Of a DNA stretch of 64,000 nucleotides, positions 19,101 to 27,179 are shown in pieces. Source of the DNA: a virus; the IMG/VR virus record IMGVR_UViG_3300028394_000045, positions 32,001 to 96,000 of that record, one strand, 5' to 3'. How positions within the stretch are numbered: the stretch's first letter is position 1; each line of letters opens with the position of its first letter. The notes beneath the pieces are model-generated. The model was given only the letters and a program-made list of their open reading frames with translations. It was not told where the DNA came from and searched no databases. The translations under genes and the position numbers were made by a program.

Positions 19101-20095
19101 TGTACATTGGTAGCACGACTGGTATCGGTAAATGCCTCTGCGGCCGTGACATCTAATCTCCCAGTTGATGCATTACCAAACTGCAAAGTACCACTGCTAA
19201 ATCCACGTGCTGTAAATTGAGCCAGTGTGTCACCTGATTGTGTTCCAGTAGGAGTGGCGCCTGTACCGCCAGCTGATCGTCCGGTAAATGCACTATACGA
19301 TCCTGTACCAAATGCATCTTGAACGATCCTGGTGTTGGCCGTATCTGCACCTGAAATATGCAAATCGGTTCCCAATGTTGTGCTGTTGCCTGTTATAGAA
19401 TATACCACAGTCTGTGGAGTTGCCAGTATGGTCAATTCGCAATCTGGCGTGTTTGTTCCTACTGCTAAATTAGCACCAGTAATATTGCCAGTTGCTGAGA
19501 TTATACCACCAGTACGTATGTTACCACCTTGGATGTTGCCGGTCACAGTGGCGATACCACCAGTAACCAGATTGCCACCGGTGACATTAGCTGTTGCAGA
19601 AATTAATCCACCAGTGACTAAATTGCCACCAGTTACGTTTGCACTTACCGAGACTGTGGTACCTGTAAGGGTAGTAGCATTTACATTAGCACCGCCTAAT
19701 ACATTACCTCCGGTGATATTGCCAGTAGCCGAAATCAATCCTGCTGTTCTTAGATTTCCACCTTGAATGTTACCAGTAGCACTCACTGTGCTGGCCGTAC
19801 TCACTGCACCAGTGATGTTGGCAGTACCTGTGATATTAGCCCCGGTTGAAGTGAATACTGCTACGTTTGCAGTACCACCTACACTGATATTTGCATTGCC
19901 GCTGGGAGAAGGAATACCAAGGTTAGTAGTACCGCTGTTCAATGCAGTGGCAGAAAGATTACCGGTCAGCGTGGTGGTACCCGATACCGTAAGATTTCCG
20001 GTTACGGTCACTGTACCACCTTGCAGGGTAATAACATCCGATGCTGTAACAGTTTGTATGGTAAGATTACCGAGCACACGCTTGAAAGTAGACAT
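16127..20095 (-). CDS. Second repeat-rich fibre protein (1322 aa), paralogue of 8289..16064
   Basis: Same repeat units and the same C-terminal AQYADLAEMY domain; also carries the ERMRITSSGNVGIG tail-fibre motif. Confidence 0.8.
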   Translation of the reverse strand: MSTFKRVLGNLTIQTVTASDVITLQGGTVTVTGNLTVSGTTTLTGNLSATALNSGTTNLGIPSPSGNANISVGGTANVAVFTSTGANITGTANITGAVSTASTVSATGNIQGGNLRTAGLISATGNITGGNVLGGANVNATTLTGTTVSVSANVTGGNLVTGGLISATANVTGGNLVTGGIATVTGNIQGGNIRTGGIISATGNITGANLAVGTNTPDCELTILATPQTVVYSITGNSTTLGTDLHISGADTANTRIVQDAFGTGSYSAFTGRSAGGTGATPTGTQSGDTLAQFTARGFSSGTLQFGNASTGRLDVTAAEAFTDTSRATNVQIFTTASGAITPTAVATFSSASGLSVVGNVTTGNLLSTVSINSVGNITGAYLIANSDVQAGNLRTTGSVSATGNITAGNVLGGANVNATTHTGTTVSVTGNITGGNVLGGANVNAINLTGTNLSVTGNITGGNVNGGANVNATLLSGTTVSVTGNITGGNVLGGANVNATTLTGTTVSVSANIAGGNVLTAGQVSATGNITGGNISGGANVNATTLTGTTVSVTGNITSGNIAATTHTGTTFSATGNITGGNILFGSGLISGAGNIVTSAYFVGDGGYLSNVTAAANVSVTTIANGTTSMSITSTGANVLIVVGNVSVGNISPSGYNIIGYSSATGNVTGANINTAGVVSATGNITGGNLSGTSIVGTLTTAAQTNITSVGTLGSLAVTGNATGGNVLTGGIVSATGNITGGNVLGGANVNATTHTGTTVSVTGNITGGNVLGGANVNATTHTGTTVSVSANVTGGNLLTPGVLSTSGNITGANVNGGGTVNAVSLTGTVVSVTGNVTGNYILGNGALLTGVITSVANINSGTSNVTVVSAGGNITVGVAGTSNVAVFASTGEYVTGLISATGNITGGNLSGTSIVGTLTTAAQTNITSVGTLGSLSVSGTVTATRFIATTSTAVDSAGVLGYNSTQGTYIFSNAGSSRAFSLYNGSGGEQYVISADYSHIWYTNTTERMRITSSGNVGIGNTAPTTTLGVTGTAYVSGNITGGNLSGTSIVGTLTTAAQTNITSVGTLGSLAVTGNITGGNISATTHTGTTVSITGTVSAAGTVLTGNISAAGYQGGSSGLSITGNIIGGNLSGTSIVGTLTTAAQTNITSVGTLTGLTINNGTTAITNAATTGTGNIGSAAGTFNTVFAKATTAQYADLAEMYASDADYAPGTVVDFGGTQEITISTTSASDRVAGVVSTDPAHLMNSTQTGEHVVAVALTGRVPTRVTGTVWKGAMMISAGNGHAQACATPSIGTVIGKSLEDFSGDSGTIHVVVGRL

Positions 20096-20683
20096 TCAAA
20101 GTTCCTTTGTGTTATTTATACGATTCAAAAAGTCCGCCATGGGCATGTGATGTAGATTGCCAACATTTTTGAAATCTGCTATGTCAGCAGTGGTCGGACC
20201 AACAACTCGATAAAAACTGACTTTGCGAAAATCCTTACAGAGCTTTGCAATCTGTTTGGCCCAATTGCCAGTGTAAGTGGGGTTTGCAGAACTCTTTTTA
20301 TAGAATTCTGTATCCGCATAACAGTTGTTGAACCGACCAGTTCGGGTTGGCCCCATATCAAACCCAATCATATAAACTGCTCGGTTGGCATCTGCTGCTG
20401 CTATACTCACAGCTACTGGCCCTGAACTGTAGCCAAAATATTCTTGATCGATACGTACTGCTCCAGAATCTGGCAAAGGACGGCGGGTGTACATTCTGTT
20501 TTTTTGTGCATAACCTGTTCGTTGTATGGCTTCACTGATAGGCACATCAGTACTGATCAACACTGTAGGAGTGAATTCACGATAGATCGCGTTGCATCCA
20601 TATACTGGCCCAAGCGACAGCAAGAGATCTAAGTCAATCCCTTGACGGCTCACGCCATTACCCAACACGAATGCTCTGCTCAT
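20096..20683 (-). CDS. Maf/DUF115/GT29-like Rossmann-fold protein (possible glycosyltransferase)
   Basis: AFVLGNGVSR, YGCNAIYR and VYMIGFD motifs; abuts the fibre gene. Confidence 0.5.
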   Translation of the reverse strand: MSRAFVLGNGVSRQGIDLDLLLSLGPVYGCNAIYREFTPTVLISTDVPISEAIQRTGYAQKNRMYTRRPLPDSGAVRIDQEYFGYSSGPVAVSIAAADANRAVYMIGFDMGPTRTGRFNNCYADTEFYKKSSANPTYTGNWAKQIAKLCKDFRKVSFYRVVGPTTADIADFKNVGNLHHMPMADFLNRINNTKEL

Positions 20684-20715
20684 AAAAAATCCTCCCAGTA
20701 TGTAGCTGGGAGGAT
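20684..20715 (-). terminator. 10-bp hairpin plus U-tract that also contains the GGAGG RBS of 20096..20683
   Basis: Minus strand reads ATCCTCCCAG CTACATA CTGGGAGGAT TTTT ATG. Confidence 0.65.
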
Positions 20716-20731
20716 CCGGACACCTAACAAA

Positions 20732-21562
20732 TTAGGATGTGACGCTGGCGATTTGAGCCAATTGCAGAGTACCATTTTGCGACTGAGCGCCGCCAATAAC
20801 TTCAGCACCAGACCATGTAACCGAACCTTCATCAGTGAAGAAGTTGGTAGGATAGAAGTTTTCTGCACTTTGGACATTGACACCCAAATTGCTGTTGCTA
20901 TAGTTGCCAACGGTCATGCCATTCCAGTCACGTACCCACTTGTTGGTGATATAACTGGCATACACAGCAGCACTATCGCCTACTGAATAACTAATACTCA
21001 TGTTGCCTGCAGACGGAGTTGCTGTGTTTGACAACACACATTGACCTACAGGATATACTGTACCATTACCGGCACCTACAGCCAATGCTGTGAATATTCT
21101 ACCTACTGCTGCTGTACCACTCAAGATTGTGGACCAATCACTTGTGCCCAAGGATACGATTTGATAACTTTGACCAACAATAAGACCGCTGCTGAGTGCA
21201 TAAGTTCCGCCGGTATAGGCTACCAGGAACTTGTGCGCACCTTTTTGGCGTATGATACGTCCGGTATAGCTGCTGGCCAATGAAAAAGTGTTTGACCCAT
21301 CTGCCAATAGAATATTGACCAATGCAGCAACTTCTGGATAGGTAGCACTGGCTGTGCTGGTCACCGGCGAACCGCCAACCACACCCAGATATTCAGTGTC
21401 ATTTAGAGTTTGAACTGGGGTGTTATAAGCAGGATTTGTCAATGCACTAAACGGTGGAAAACCTGCGTCAGTTAGAATGTTTTGATTGTAGCTGGTTGTT
21501 GAACCGGAAACACTTGTGCCTGAACCAGTGTTTGTTTTTTGAATTTTAAGAGCTCTTCCCAT
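20732..21562 (-). CDS. Probable virion structural protein; start revised to ATG 21562
   Basis: AAGGAG RBS 6 nt before ATG 21562 (MGRALKIQK); S/T/G-rich; late promoter upstream. Confidence 0.65.
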   Translation of the reverse strand: MGRALKIQKTNTGSGTSVSGSTTSYNQNILTDAGFPPFSALTNPAYNTPVQTLNDTEYLGVVGGSPVTSTASATYPEVAALVNILLADGSNTFSLASSYTGRIIRQKGAHKFLVAYTGGTYALSSGLIVGQSYQIVSLGTSDWSTILSGTAAVGRIFTALAVGAGNGTVYPVGQCVLSNTATPSAGNMSISYSVGDSAAVYASYITNKWVRDWNGMTVGNYSNSNLGVNVQSAENFYPTNFFTDEGSVTWSGAEVIGGAQSQNGTLQLAQIASVTS

Positions 21563-21579
21563 TTTTTTCTCCTTAAAGA

Positions 21580-21650
21580 AGCCCAATGTGGGTTCTAGCC
21601 ACTACGCAGTGGTTGCTGCATAAGACGCATTATCGCGTACATAGTTGACT
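21580..21650 (-). ncRNA. Candidate structured 5' leader (three hairpins plus a closing stem)
   Basis: Stems ACGC/GCGT, TATGCAG/CTGCGTA and GTGG/CCAC, closed by AGTCAA/TTGGGCT, between TAAATA and the RBS. Confidence 0.5.
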
Positions 21651-21707
21651 TATATTTAGCTGCATGTTAAAATTTGATACCGCACAGCGGATTTTATTAA
21701 ATATCTC

Positions 21708-22856
21708 ATGACATCAAACGAACTCATCGAAGCAGGCAATCAACATCGTGCCGAAGATAATCCTGCCCAAGCATTACAATGCTATGCTATGGCATTTGTA
21801 CAAGATCCAGAATCAGCGGCAGCATTCAACAACTATGGCAACGTGCAACGTGAGATGGGACACCCGGCCAGAGCCATTCCGTTCTTGCAGCACTCATTGG
21901 TGTTGGAACCCAACAATGTCACAGCACAGTTCAACTTGGCCGTGAGTTATCTGTTGATGGGCAACTATGCGCAAGGATGGCCAGCTTACGAATCAAGATG
22001 GAACTACGAACATCTGGCCGGCACAGAACCCAAGTATTCTCAACCTCGCTGGCGCGGCGAAGACCTTAGAGACAAGACCATCTTGGTGGTAGGCGAGCAA
22101 GGACATGGTGATTGCATACAGTTTGTTCGATTCTTGTACAACCTGCACATGATGGGTGCCCGGATCAAACTGCAAGTGACTGACGGATTGATTCCTGTGA
22201 TGAGCAGCAGCAGTATACTACAACAGGTCAGCAGTTATACCACTGACATGGGTGAGTTTGATTATTGGATTCCCATCATGAGCCTGCCGGGCATACTGGG
22301 CATCACTGTGGATACCATACCCAAGATACAAAGCTACCTCCATGCACAACCTGCATTGGTAAAAGACTGGCTGGATAGACTGGGACCAAAAACACGCATG
22401 CGTGTGGGCATCAGTTGGAGTGGGCGCAGAGACGCCTGGCTCAATCGTCACAAAGGCGTGCCGTTTCCTGTTATCCTGGACATGATACGTGCCAATCCTG
22501 AGTACGAGTGGATCAATCTGCAGATAGATGCCACACCGGATGAAGAACAAGCACTGGCCGATGCTGGTGTGACCAGATATCCCGGCAGCATCGTGAGCTT
22601 TGCAGAGACTGCGGCGTTGATCATGCACATGGACGTGGTCATAGGTGTTGATACTGCGGTGTCACATCTAGCCGGTGCACTGGGCCGACCAGCATGGATT
22701 ATGCTGAATGCTTATGCCACAGATTGGCGTTGGTTGTTGGACCGAGATTCCAGTCCTTGGTACGCCACAGCCAGATTGTTCCGACAGCCTGTAATGGGCG
22801 ATTGGGACAGCGTTACTAAAAAAGTATCCCAGTATCTCTCTTGGTTCAAAGTCTAG
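21708..22856 (+). CDS. TPR-repeat protein fused to a GT-B (GT9-like) glycosyltransferase domain
   Basis: N-terminal TPRs (AFNNYGNV, AQFNLA), EQGHGDCIQFVRF, and DVVIGVDTAVSHLAGALGRP...DWRW. Confidence 0.85.
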   Translation: MTSNELIEAGNQHRAEDNPAQALQCYAMAFVQDPESAAAFNNYGNVQREMGHPARAIPFLQHSLVLEPNNVTAQFNLAVSYLLMGNYAQGWPAYESRWNYEHLAGTEPKYSQPRWRGEDLRDKTILVVGEQGHGDCIQFVRFLYNLHMMGARIKLQVTDGLIPVMSSSSILQQVSSYTTDMGEFDYWIPIMSLPGILGITVDTIPKIQSYLHAQPALVKDWLDRLGPKTRMRVGISWSGRRDAWLNRHKGVPFPVILDMIRANPEYEWINLQIDATPDEEQALADAGVTRYPGSIVSFAETAALIMHMDVVIGVDTAVSHLAGALGRPAWIMLNAYATDWRWLLDRDSSPWYATARLFRQPVMGDWDSVTKKVSQYLSWFKV

Positions 22857-24102
22857 CCAGATATACCAGGCGGTTCAGTGCCGCGGTTGATTCGTCTACT
22901 TTGTTTTTTCTCGCTTGTTGTATAATATCCTGTATTTCGGCGTCAGTAGCGACTGCTGAATCACTGGCAGGAGCAGCAGGTGTTTTTTCAGCTGCTGGAG
23001 CCGGTGTCTCGGTAGAAGCAGCCGGTGAGGGAGGAGACCAGTCAGTTGGTATTTCTTTTACTGTTGGACCTGCACGTTCTGGTGGCAACGGCTTAGGAGC
23101 CAAAACTTTTTCAGGTCCTTGCGTGACAATAGAAACTGGATTGTAGTAGTCCGGAACTGTGCCGGGTCTGATTGCATTGATTGCTGATGGTGCAGCAGCG
23201 CCTAATGCGGCAACCCCAGCAGCGGTTAGTCCTTTTTTACCCCACCATCCCCATTGCTTGGCTTGTTCCTGGGCTGCTGCCGGATTTTGGGTGGCCAGGT
23301 CCAACAATCGATCTGCCATGTCTCGTGGTAAAGTCACAGTGTCTGCTTGGGGTTCCGGAGCAGCTCGCTGACCGGAACCTTGTCCAGGGCGGCGTGGTCT
23401 AACTTGTCTACCGCCTGTGGCCGCAGGTGCTGGCGCTGGTGCATTGGCAGACATCGGCGGCTCAAAGTCAGAAGGCAATCCAGGTTCTTGTCTCTCCGCT
23501 GCTGCTGCTTTTTCAGCAGCCGCTGTTCTTTCGGCGGCTGTTCTTTCAGCTTGTGCTGCTTTTTCAGCTGCATATGCCTCAGCTTCTGCGCTGGGTTTGC
23601 CTTTATTAGGCATACCTGGATTCATATCATGTCTGGCACGAACTTCCTGGTCGGCTGCAGATGTGTCTGCTTTGGGTTTTGGTTTTGGAAGCGAACCTAT
23701 TCTAGCAGGTGGTAGATTCTGCAAATAGTCCGGTAAGGCCTGTGTCTTGCTGAGGTTAGGATCAAATCCTTGATCTCCACGACGCCTAAAGAGTGATGGC
23801 AATTCTGATCTTTGTGGTGGAACTATTCCAAGTGCTGCTTTTTCTGCGTCTGACAATCGATCACCTGAGGCTTTAATACCACCTAATTCTGTATTTGTTG
23901 CTGCTTGTGTTCTAGCGATCGCTTGATCCATTGTTTCGCCAGGTTTCATAACAATCCTGGGTTTCATTGCCGACGATGCTGCTTGCACGGTTTTGTTAAG
24001 GTATGGTTCGACATACTTAACAACTGGTTGGATTCCTTTTGTTATCCAAGGTGGAAGTGTAACTTCGTCAAGACGTCTAGGTGCAATTTCGTTTATTTTC
24101 AT
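22846..24102 (-). CDS. Low-complexity A/P-rich protein, possible internal head protein; start revised to MKINEI
   Basis: ATG 24102 lies downstream of TAAATA 24126-24131. The track's longer start runs into the capsid terminator. Confidence 0.55.
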   Translation of the reverse strand: MKINEIAPRRLDEVTLPPWITKGIQPVVKYVEPYLNKTVQAASSAMKPRIVMKPGETMDQAIARTQAATNTELGGIKASGDRLSDAEKAALGIVPPQRSELPSLFRRRGDQGFDPNLSKTQALPDYLQNLPPARIGSLPKPKPKADTSAADQEVRARHDMNPGMPNKGKPSAEAEAYAAEKAAQAERTAAERTAAAEKAAAAERQEPGLPSDFEPPMSANAPAPAPAATGGRQVRPRRPGQGSGQRAAPEPQADTVTLPRDMADRLLDLATQNPAAAQEQAKQWGWWGKKGLTAAGVAALGAAAPSAINAIRPGTVPDYYNPVSIVTQGPEKVLAPKPLPPERAGPTVKEIPTDWSPPSPAASTETPAPAAEKTPAAPASDSAVATDAEIQDIIQQARKNKVDESTAALNRLVYLARL

Positions 24103-24166
24103 GGTGGTGTCCAATTGGTATGATTTATTTATTTTATCTTGTGCATAACATACCAAAACCACAGCC

Positions 24167-24197
24167 AACAAAAAACGCCCCGAAGGGCGTTTTTGTT
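24167..24197 (-). terminator. Rho-independent terminator after the major capsid gene (cUUCGg loop, potentially bidirectional)
   Basis: Plus strand reads AAAAAACGCCC CGAA GGGCGTTTTT, giving a GCCC-TTCG-GGGC loop and U-tract on the minus strand. Confidence 0.9.
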
Positions 24198-24219
24198 TTC
24201 CAAATAAATGGATTGTGGA

Positions 24220-25416
24220 TCAGCTGAACGAGAGGTTCGAAACTGCGATTTCTCCAACATAGTCGCCCGCATTGCCAAAAGACGATGCAGTATTAGTGAG
24301 CTCTATGTAACCATAACGTGTCATGAACGACACGACTGGTTCGAAGGTGCTTGGATCCAGAACAACACCGCTGCTCATCAATGGAATGTATGGGCAGTAG
24401 AATGCAGGAGCGTCAGCTTCTGAAGAACCTTTGTAACCAACCAGCACAGGTGTGGTATCGCTGGCATAGCTGTCAACGAACACACGCATAGCGCCGTTCA
24501 GTGTGCCAACAAACTTGGTGTTGGTGGGTGCTTCAAAAGTACCTTCTGTGGTACGAGCAAATGCGCTTGTGGTCGCACTTTGCAGTACGGTCAATGCAGC
24601 AGAGCTAACAACAGCGTAGTTACCAGCGCCACGACGTGTGCGTTGGGCGATCAGGTTAGCAACACGGTTGATCAACACAGCCAGAGCAGCGTGTTCGTCA
24701 CCAACGAATGTAGCAGTACCAGAAACGGTAGCTTGGTTGTATGTGAACTCAGTAGCTGCCAACGAACGCAGAGACAACAAGATCTCTTGGTCAATTTCAG
24801 CTGTAATTTCTTGTGCCAGAGCAGCCATGATTTCTGCTTCAACGTCAATACCATGCATGGCTTGTGCGTCTTGTGCAGATTCAAAAGTCCAACGAGCTTG
24901 CAACTTGCGTGTGCGAGCTTCGACGGCCTGCTTCAGGATCTGAACAGAAATCTGCTTGCCGCCAGTACCTTCCATGGTAGCTGTGGCGCCACCGGTGTAG
25001 TTGGTAGCTGTAGCAGTATTTTGTGGTACTGTGGAATACGCAGTAGCGATTGTGAATGGACTCAATGCTTCTTGGCCAGCTGTGACACTGGTTGCAGCAG
25101 CACTTGTGTCAGTCAAACTCTGGGCATAACGCACACGCAGGGTGTGGATCTGACCAACAGGACCAGTCATGGGCTGGACGCCAACCAATTCGTTAGCGAT
25201 AACGGTTGGCATCACACGACGGATAACTGGCAGAATCACACGGTTCAGTGTGGCGATGTTGCCAGAACCTGTGGAGCCTGCTGTTGCATTCTCTTTCAGG
25301 TACTTGCGAGTGTTTTCAAGGATAACACCCATGCTATTGCGCTTAGATCCGTTAAGACCTTCGAGCAGGGCTTCTTTGGTTTCGCCCCAGCGGCTCTCTA
25401 ATAGTTCTTGTGACAT
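24220..25416 (-). CDS. gp23: Major capsid protein (gp23-like)
   Basis: LVGVQPMTGPVGQI, ARTRKLQARWT.E.AQD..AMHG, EITAEIDQE, FYCPYIPL and MTRYG. Confidence 0.97.
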   Translation of the reverse strand: MSQELLESRWGETKEALLEGLNGSKRNSMGVILENTRKYLKENATAGSTGSGNIATLNRVILPVIRRVMPTVIANELVGVQPMTGPVGQIHTLRVRYAQSLTDTSAAATSVTAGQEALSPFTIATAYSTVPQNTATATNYTGGATATMEGTGGKQISVQILKQAVEARTRKLQARWTFESAQDAQAMHGIDVEAEIMAALAQEITAEIDQEILLSLRSLAATEFTYNQATVSGTATFVGDEHAALAVLINRVANLIAQRTRRGAGNYAVVSSAALTVLQSATTSAFARTTEGTFEAPTNTKFVGTLNGAMRVFVDSYASDTTPVLVGYKGSSEADAPAFYCPYIPLMSSGVVLDPSTFEPVVSFMTRYGYIELTNTASSFGNAGDYVGEIAVSNLSFS

Positions 25417-25438
25417 TTAAGTCTCCTTTATTAAATGA

Positions 25439-26527
25439 TTATAATCCTGCCAAACGCTTCAAGTCGATCACATTGCTGCGTTCTTCTTGTGGAACATTTT
25501 GTACAGTTTTATTACCAGTTACTGCGGTGACTTGTTCTGTGATAACTTTAGAGGTTCTCACGGATCTGTCTTCCAACACTGCTGGTAGATATTTTTCAAA
25601 AGCATTTTTCAGACGGGCTGTTTGTACGCTTTCGAGCAAATTACGCATGGTTTCTGCTTTTTCCCGGTTGAGAGGAGCCAACAGCATCTCCAATGTGCTG
25701 TCACGCTCATTGGATTCTTTTAACATACGCACTTCGCGTTCCTTGTGCTCGATCAAGACTTTTGCCTTGGTACCGAGCTTGATGGCTTCCGCCAACTGAC
25801 GATCTTTGCGACTTACTAGGTCGTACAGCTTGCGGACTTCGGCTTTCTCATTGAGATGAGTTGCACCAAATTCAGCAGCGTATGCTTCAAAGATACGACG
25901 TCCAAAATTGTTCTCGCGAGCAACCTTGATGTCTTCGTGTAGTTGTGTAAGTTCAGCCTTGAGATGACGGCTTACAGATTGAGACATTTTTTCAGCACTT
26001 TCTTTGATGAAACGTGCTTTCAATTGCTCAAGTTTTCCACGTGCTTCGCGCACCAGACGTACTTTTGTCTCAACGACATCACGCTTGTCTTGTGCGAATT
26101 CTTGAATTTCACGGGCCAATGCATGCACCACGAAGTTTTCTAGTTTTTCTAGGCCTTCATTGTGCTGCTTGCGGTCTCGACGCAGTTCGCCAATTTCCTC
26201 AGCAAGTTTTGTGACCATAAAGTTGTTGAACTTTGTGGCCGACTCTTTCATCTTGCCGTGAAACTTCACGCGGTCTTCAGCGATAGCTTGCTTTTCAGCA
26301 GCAATTGCCTTGACTTCTGTGGTGAGACCTTCTGTAACCATACGATCTAGGGCTTCCACCATTACTGACTTATCGTGCTCATAGCGTTGTGCGAACTCTT
26401 CACGTAGTTCTGCACGAGCTTGCTCACGAGCTTCATTCAGCTTGGTTTCCCAGGCTTCATTAATCTCTTGACGAGTTTCCTCGGTGATCAAGTTGCTATC
26501 TAGCAATGGTTTGATTGCATCTAACAT
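25439..26527 (-). CDS. gp22: Prohead core scaffold (gp22-like)
   Basis: Long coiled-coil E/K/A-rich protein between the protease and MCP genes; AGGAG RBS. Confidence 0.8.
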   Translation of the reverse strand: MLDAIKPLLDSNLITEETRQEINEAWETKLNEAREQARAELREEFAQRYEHDKSVMVEALDRMVTEGLTTEVKAIAAEKQAIAEDRVKFHGKMKESATKFNNFMVTKLAEEIGELRRDRKQHNEGLEKLENFVVHALAREIQEFAQDKRDVVETKVRLVREARGKLEQLKARFIKESAEKMSQSVSRHLKAELTQLHEDIKVARENNFGRRIFEAYAAEFGATHLNEKAEVRKLYDLVSRKDRQLAEAIKLGTKAKVLIEHKEREVRMLKESNERDSTLEMLLAPLNREKAETMRNLLESVQTARLKNAFEKYLPAVLEDRSVRTSKVITEQVTAVTGNKTVQNVPQEERSNVIDLKRLAGL

Positions 26528-26540
26528 TAGTAGATTCTCC

Positions 26541-27176
26541 TTAGATTTTGAGTTCTTTGATCAGCTTTACAACTTCGCTTTTCAAATACCTCTGCACTTT
26601 GTTGTCTTGCCCAGCTTCACGTGCTACCTCTAGCAATCTATGTCCGTACTTCATGTTCATGAGACTTTCATAGATAGCTTTGGGATATGCATTTGGAGCA
26701 CTGGGTTGGGCAACCACATCTATAGTGACTATTTCAAAGTCACTTACATGTCCTGTTCTGTCATCAACATTGCCACTACCACGGCTGGAAACTCCCAGTT
26801 TCACTCCGGATGTTAGTAATGTCTTGATCAATTCTCCCATTGGTGTTGGAAGGATTTTTAATTTTCCACAACCAGCAGTTCCGTCCATCCACATGCCTTC
26901 AACGCTGTGGCAAACTCGGTCCAGATTGATCTTGAGATCTTCTGGATGATCCACTTCACCTAATACTGAATTGCCTTCACGTATTTGAGTGTTGATGGTA
27001 GTAACTGCTTTGTTGATTTCATGCAATGGATATATTCTGTCGTTGGCGTTGCGTTTGTCGCCTTCGATACAAATACCTTTGAGGTACAGATGCTTACCAG
27101 TGCCATCTGGTCCAGATTCTTCAAGAACCTGGATGTTGGCCTGTGTAAAAGTCAATTGTTCTCTTAGGTATTTCAT
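26541..27176 (-). CDS. gp21: Prohead protease (gp21-like)
   Basis: NANDRIYP, GEVDHP, LGVSSRGSG and DVVAQPSAPNAY. Confidence 0.95.
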   Translation of the reverse strand: MKYLREQLTFTQANIQVLEESGPDGTGKHLYLKGICIEGDKRNANDRIYPLHEINKAVTTINTQIREGNSVLGEVDHPEDLKINLDRVCHSVEGMWMDGTAGCGKLKILPTPMGELIKTLLTSGVKLGVSSRGSGNVDDRTGHVSDFEIVTIDVVAQPSAPNAYPKAIYESLMNMKYGHRLLEVAREAGQDNKVQRYLKSEVVKLIKELKI

Positions 27177-27179
27177 CAA

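Noticed and set aside
8700-19800. Repeats considered as a CRISPR or TIGR-like array
   Set aside because: They are in-frame coding repeats with synonymous variation. There is no constant repeat with unique spacers and no cas or Nop-domain gene in the window.
8573-20150. Many long plus-strand ORFs (LPPVMLPV... repeats) opposite the fibre genes
   Set aside because: They are antisense shadows of the G/T/N/V repeat codons, with no RBS or promoter support.
21580-21650. Possible tRNA gene
   Set aside because: It lacks canonical GTTC T-arm and D-loop GG motifs, a 7-nt anticodon loop, a 7-bp acceptor stem and CCA. Kept only as a tRNA-like leader.
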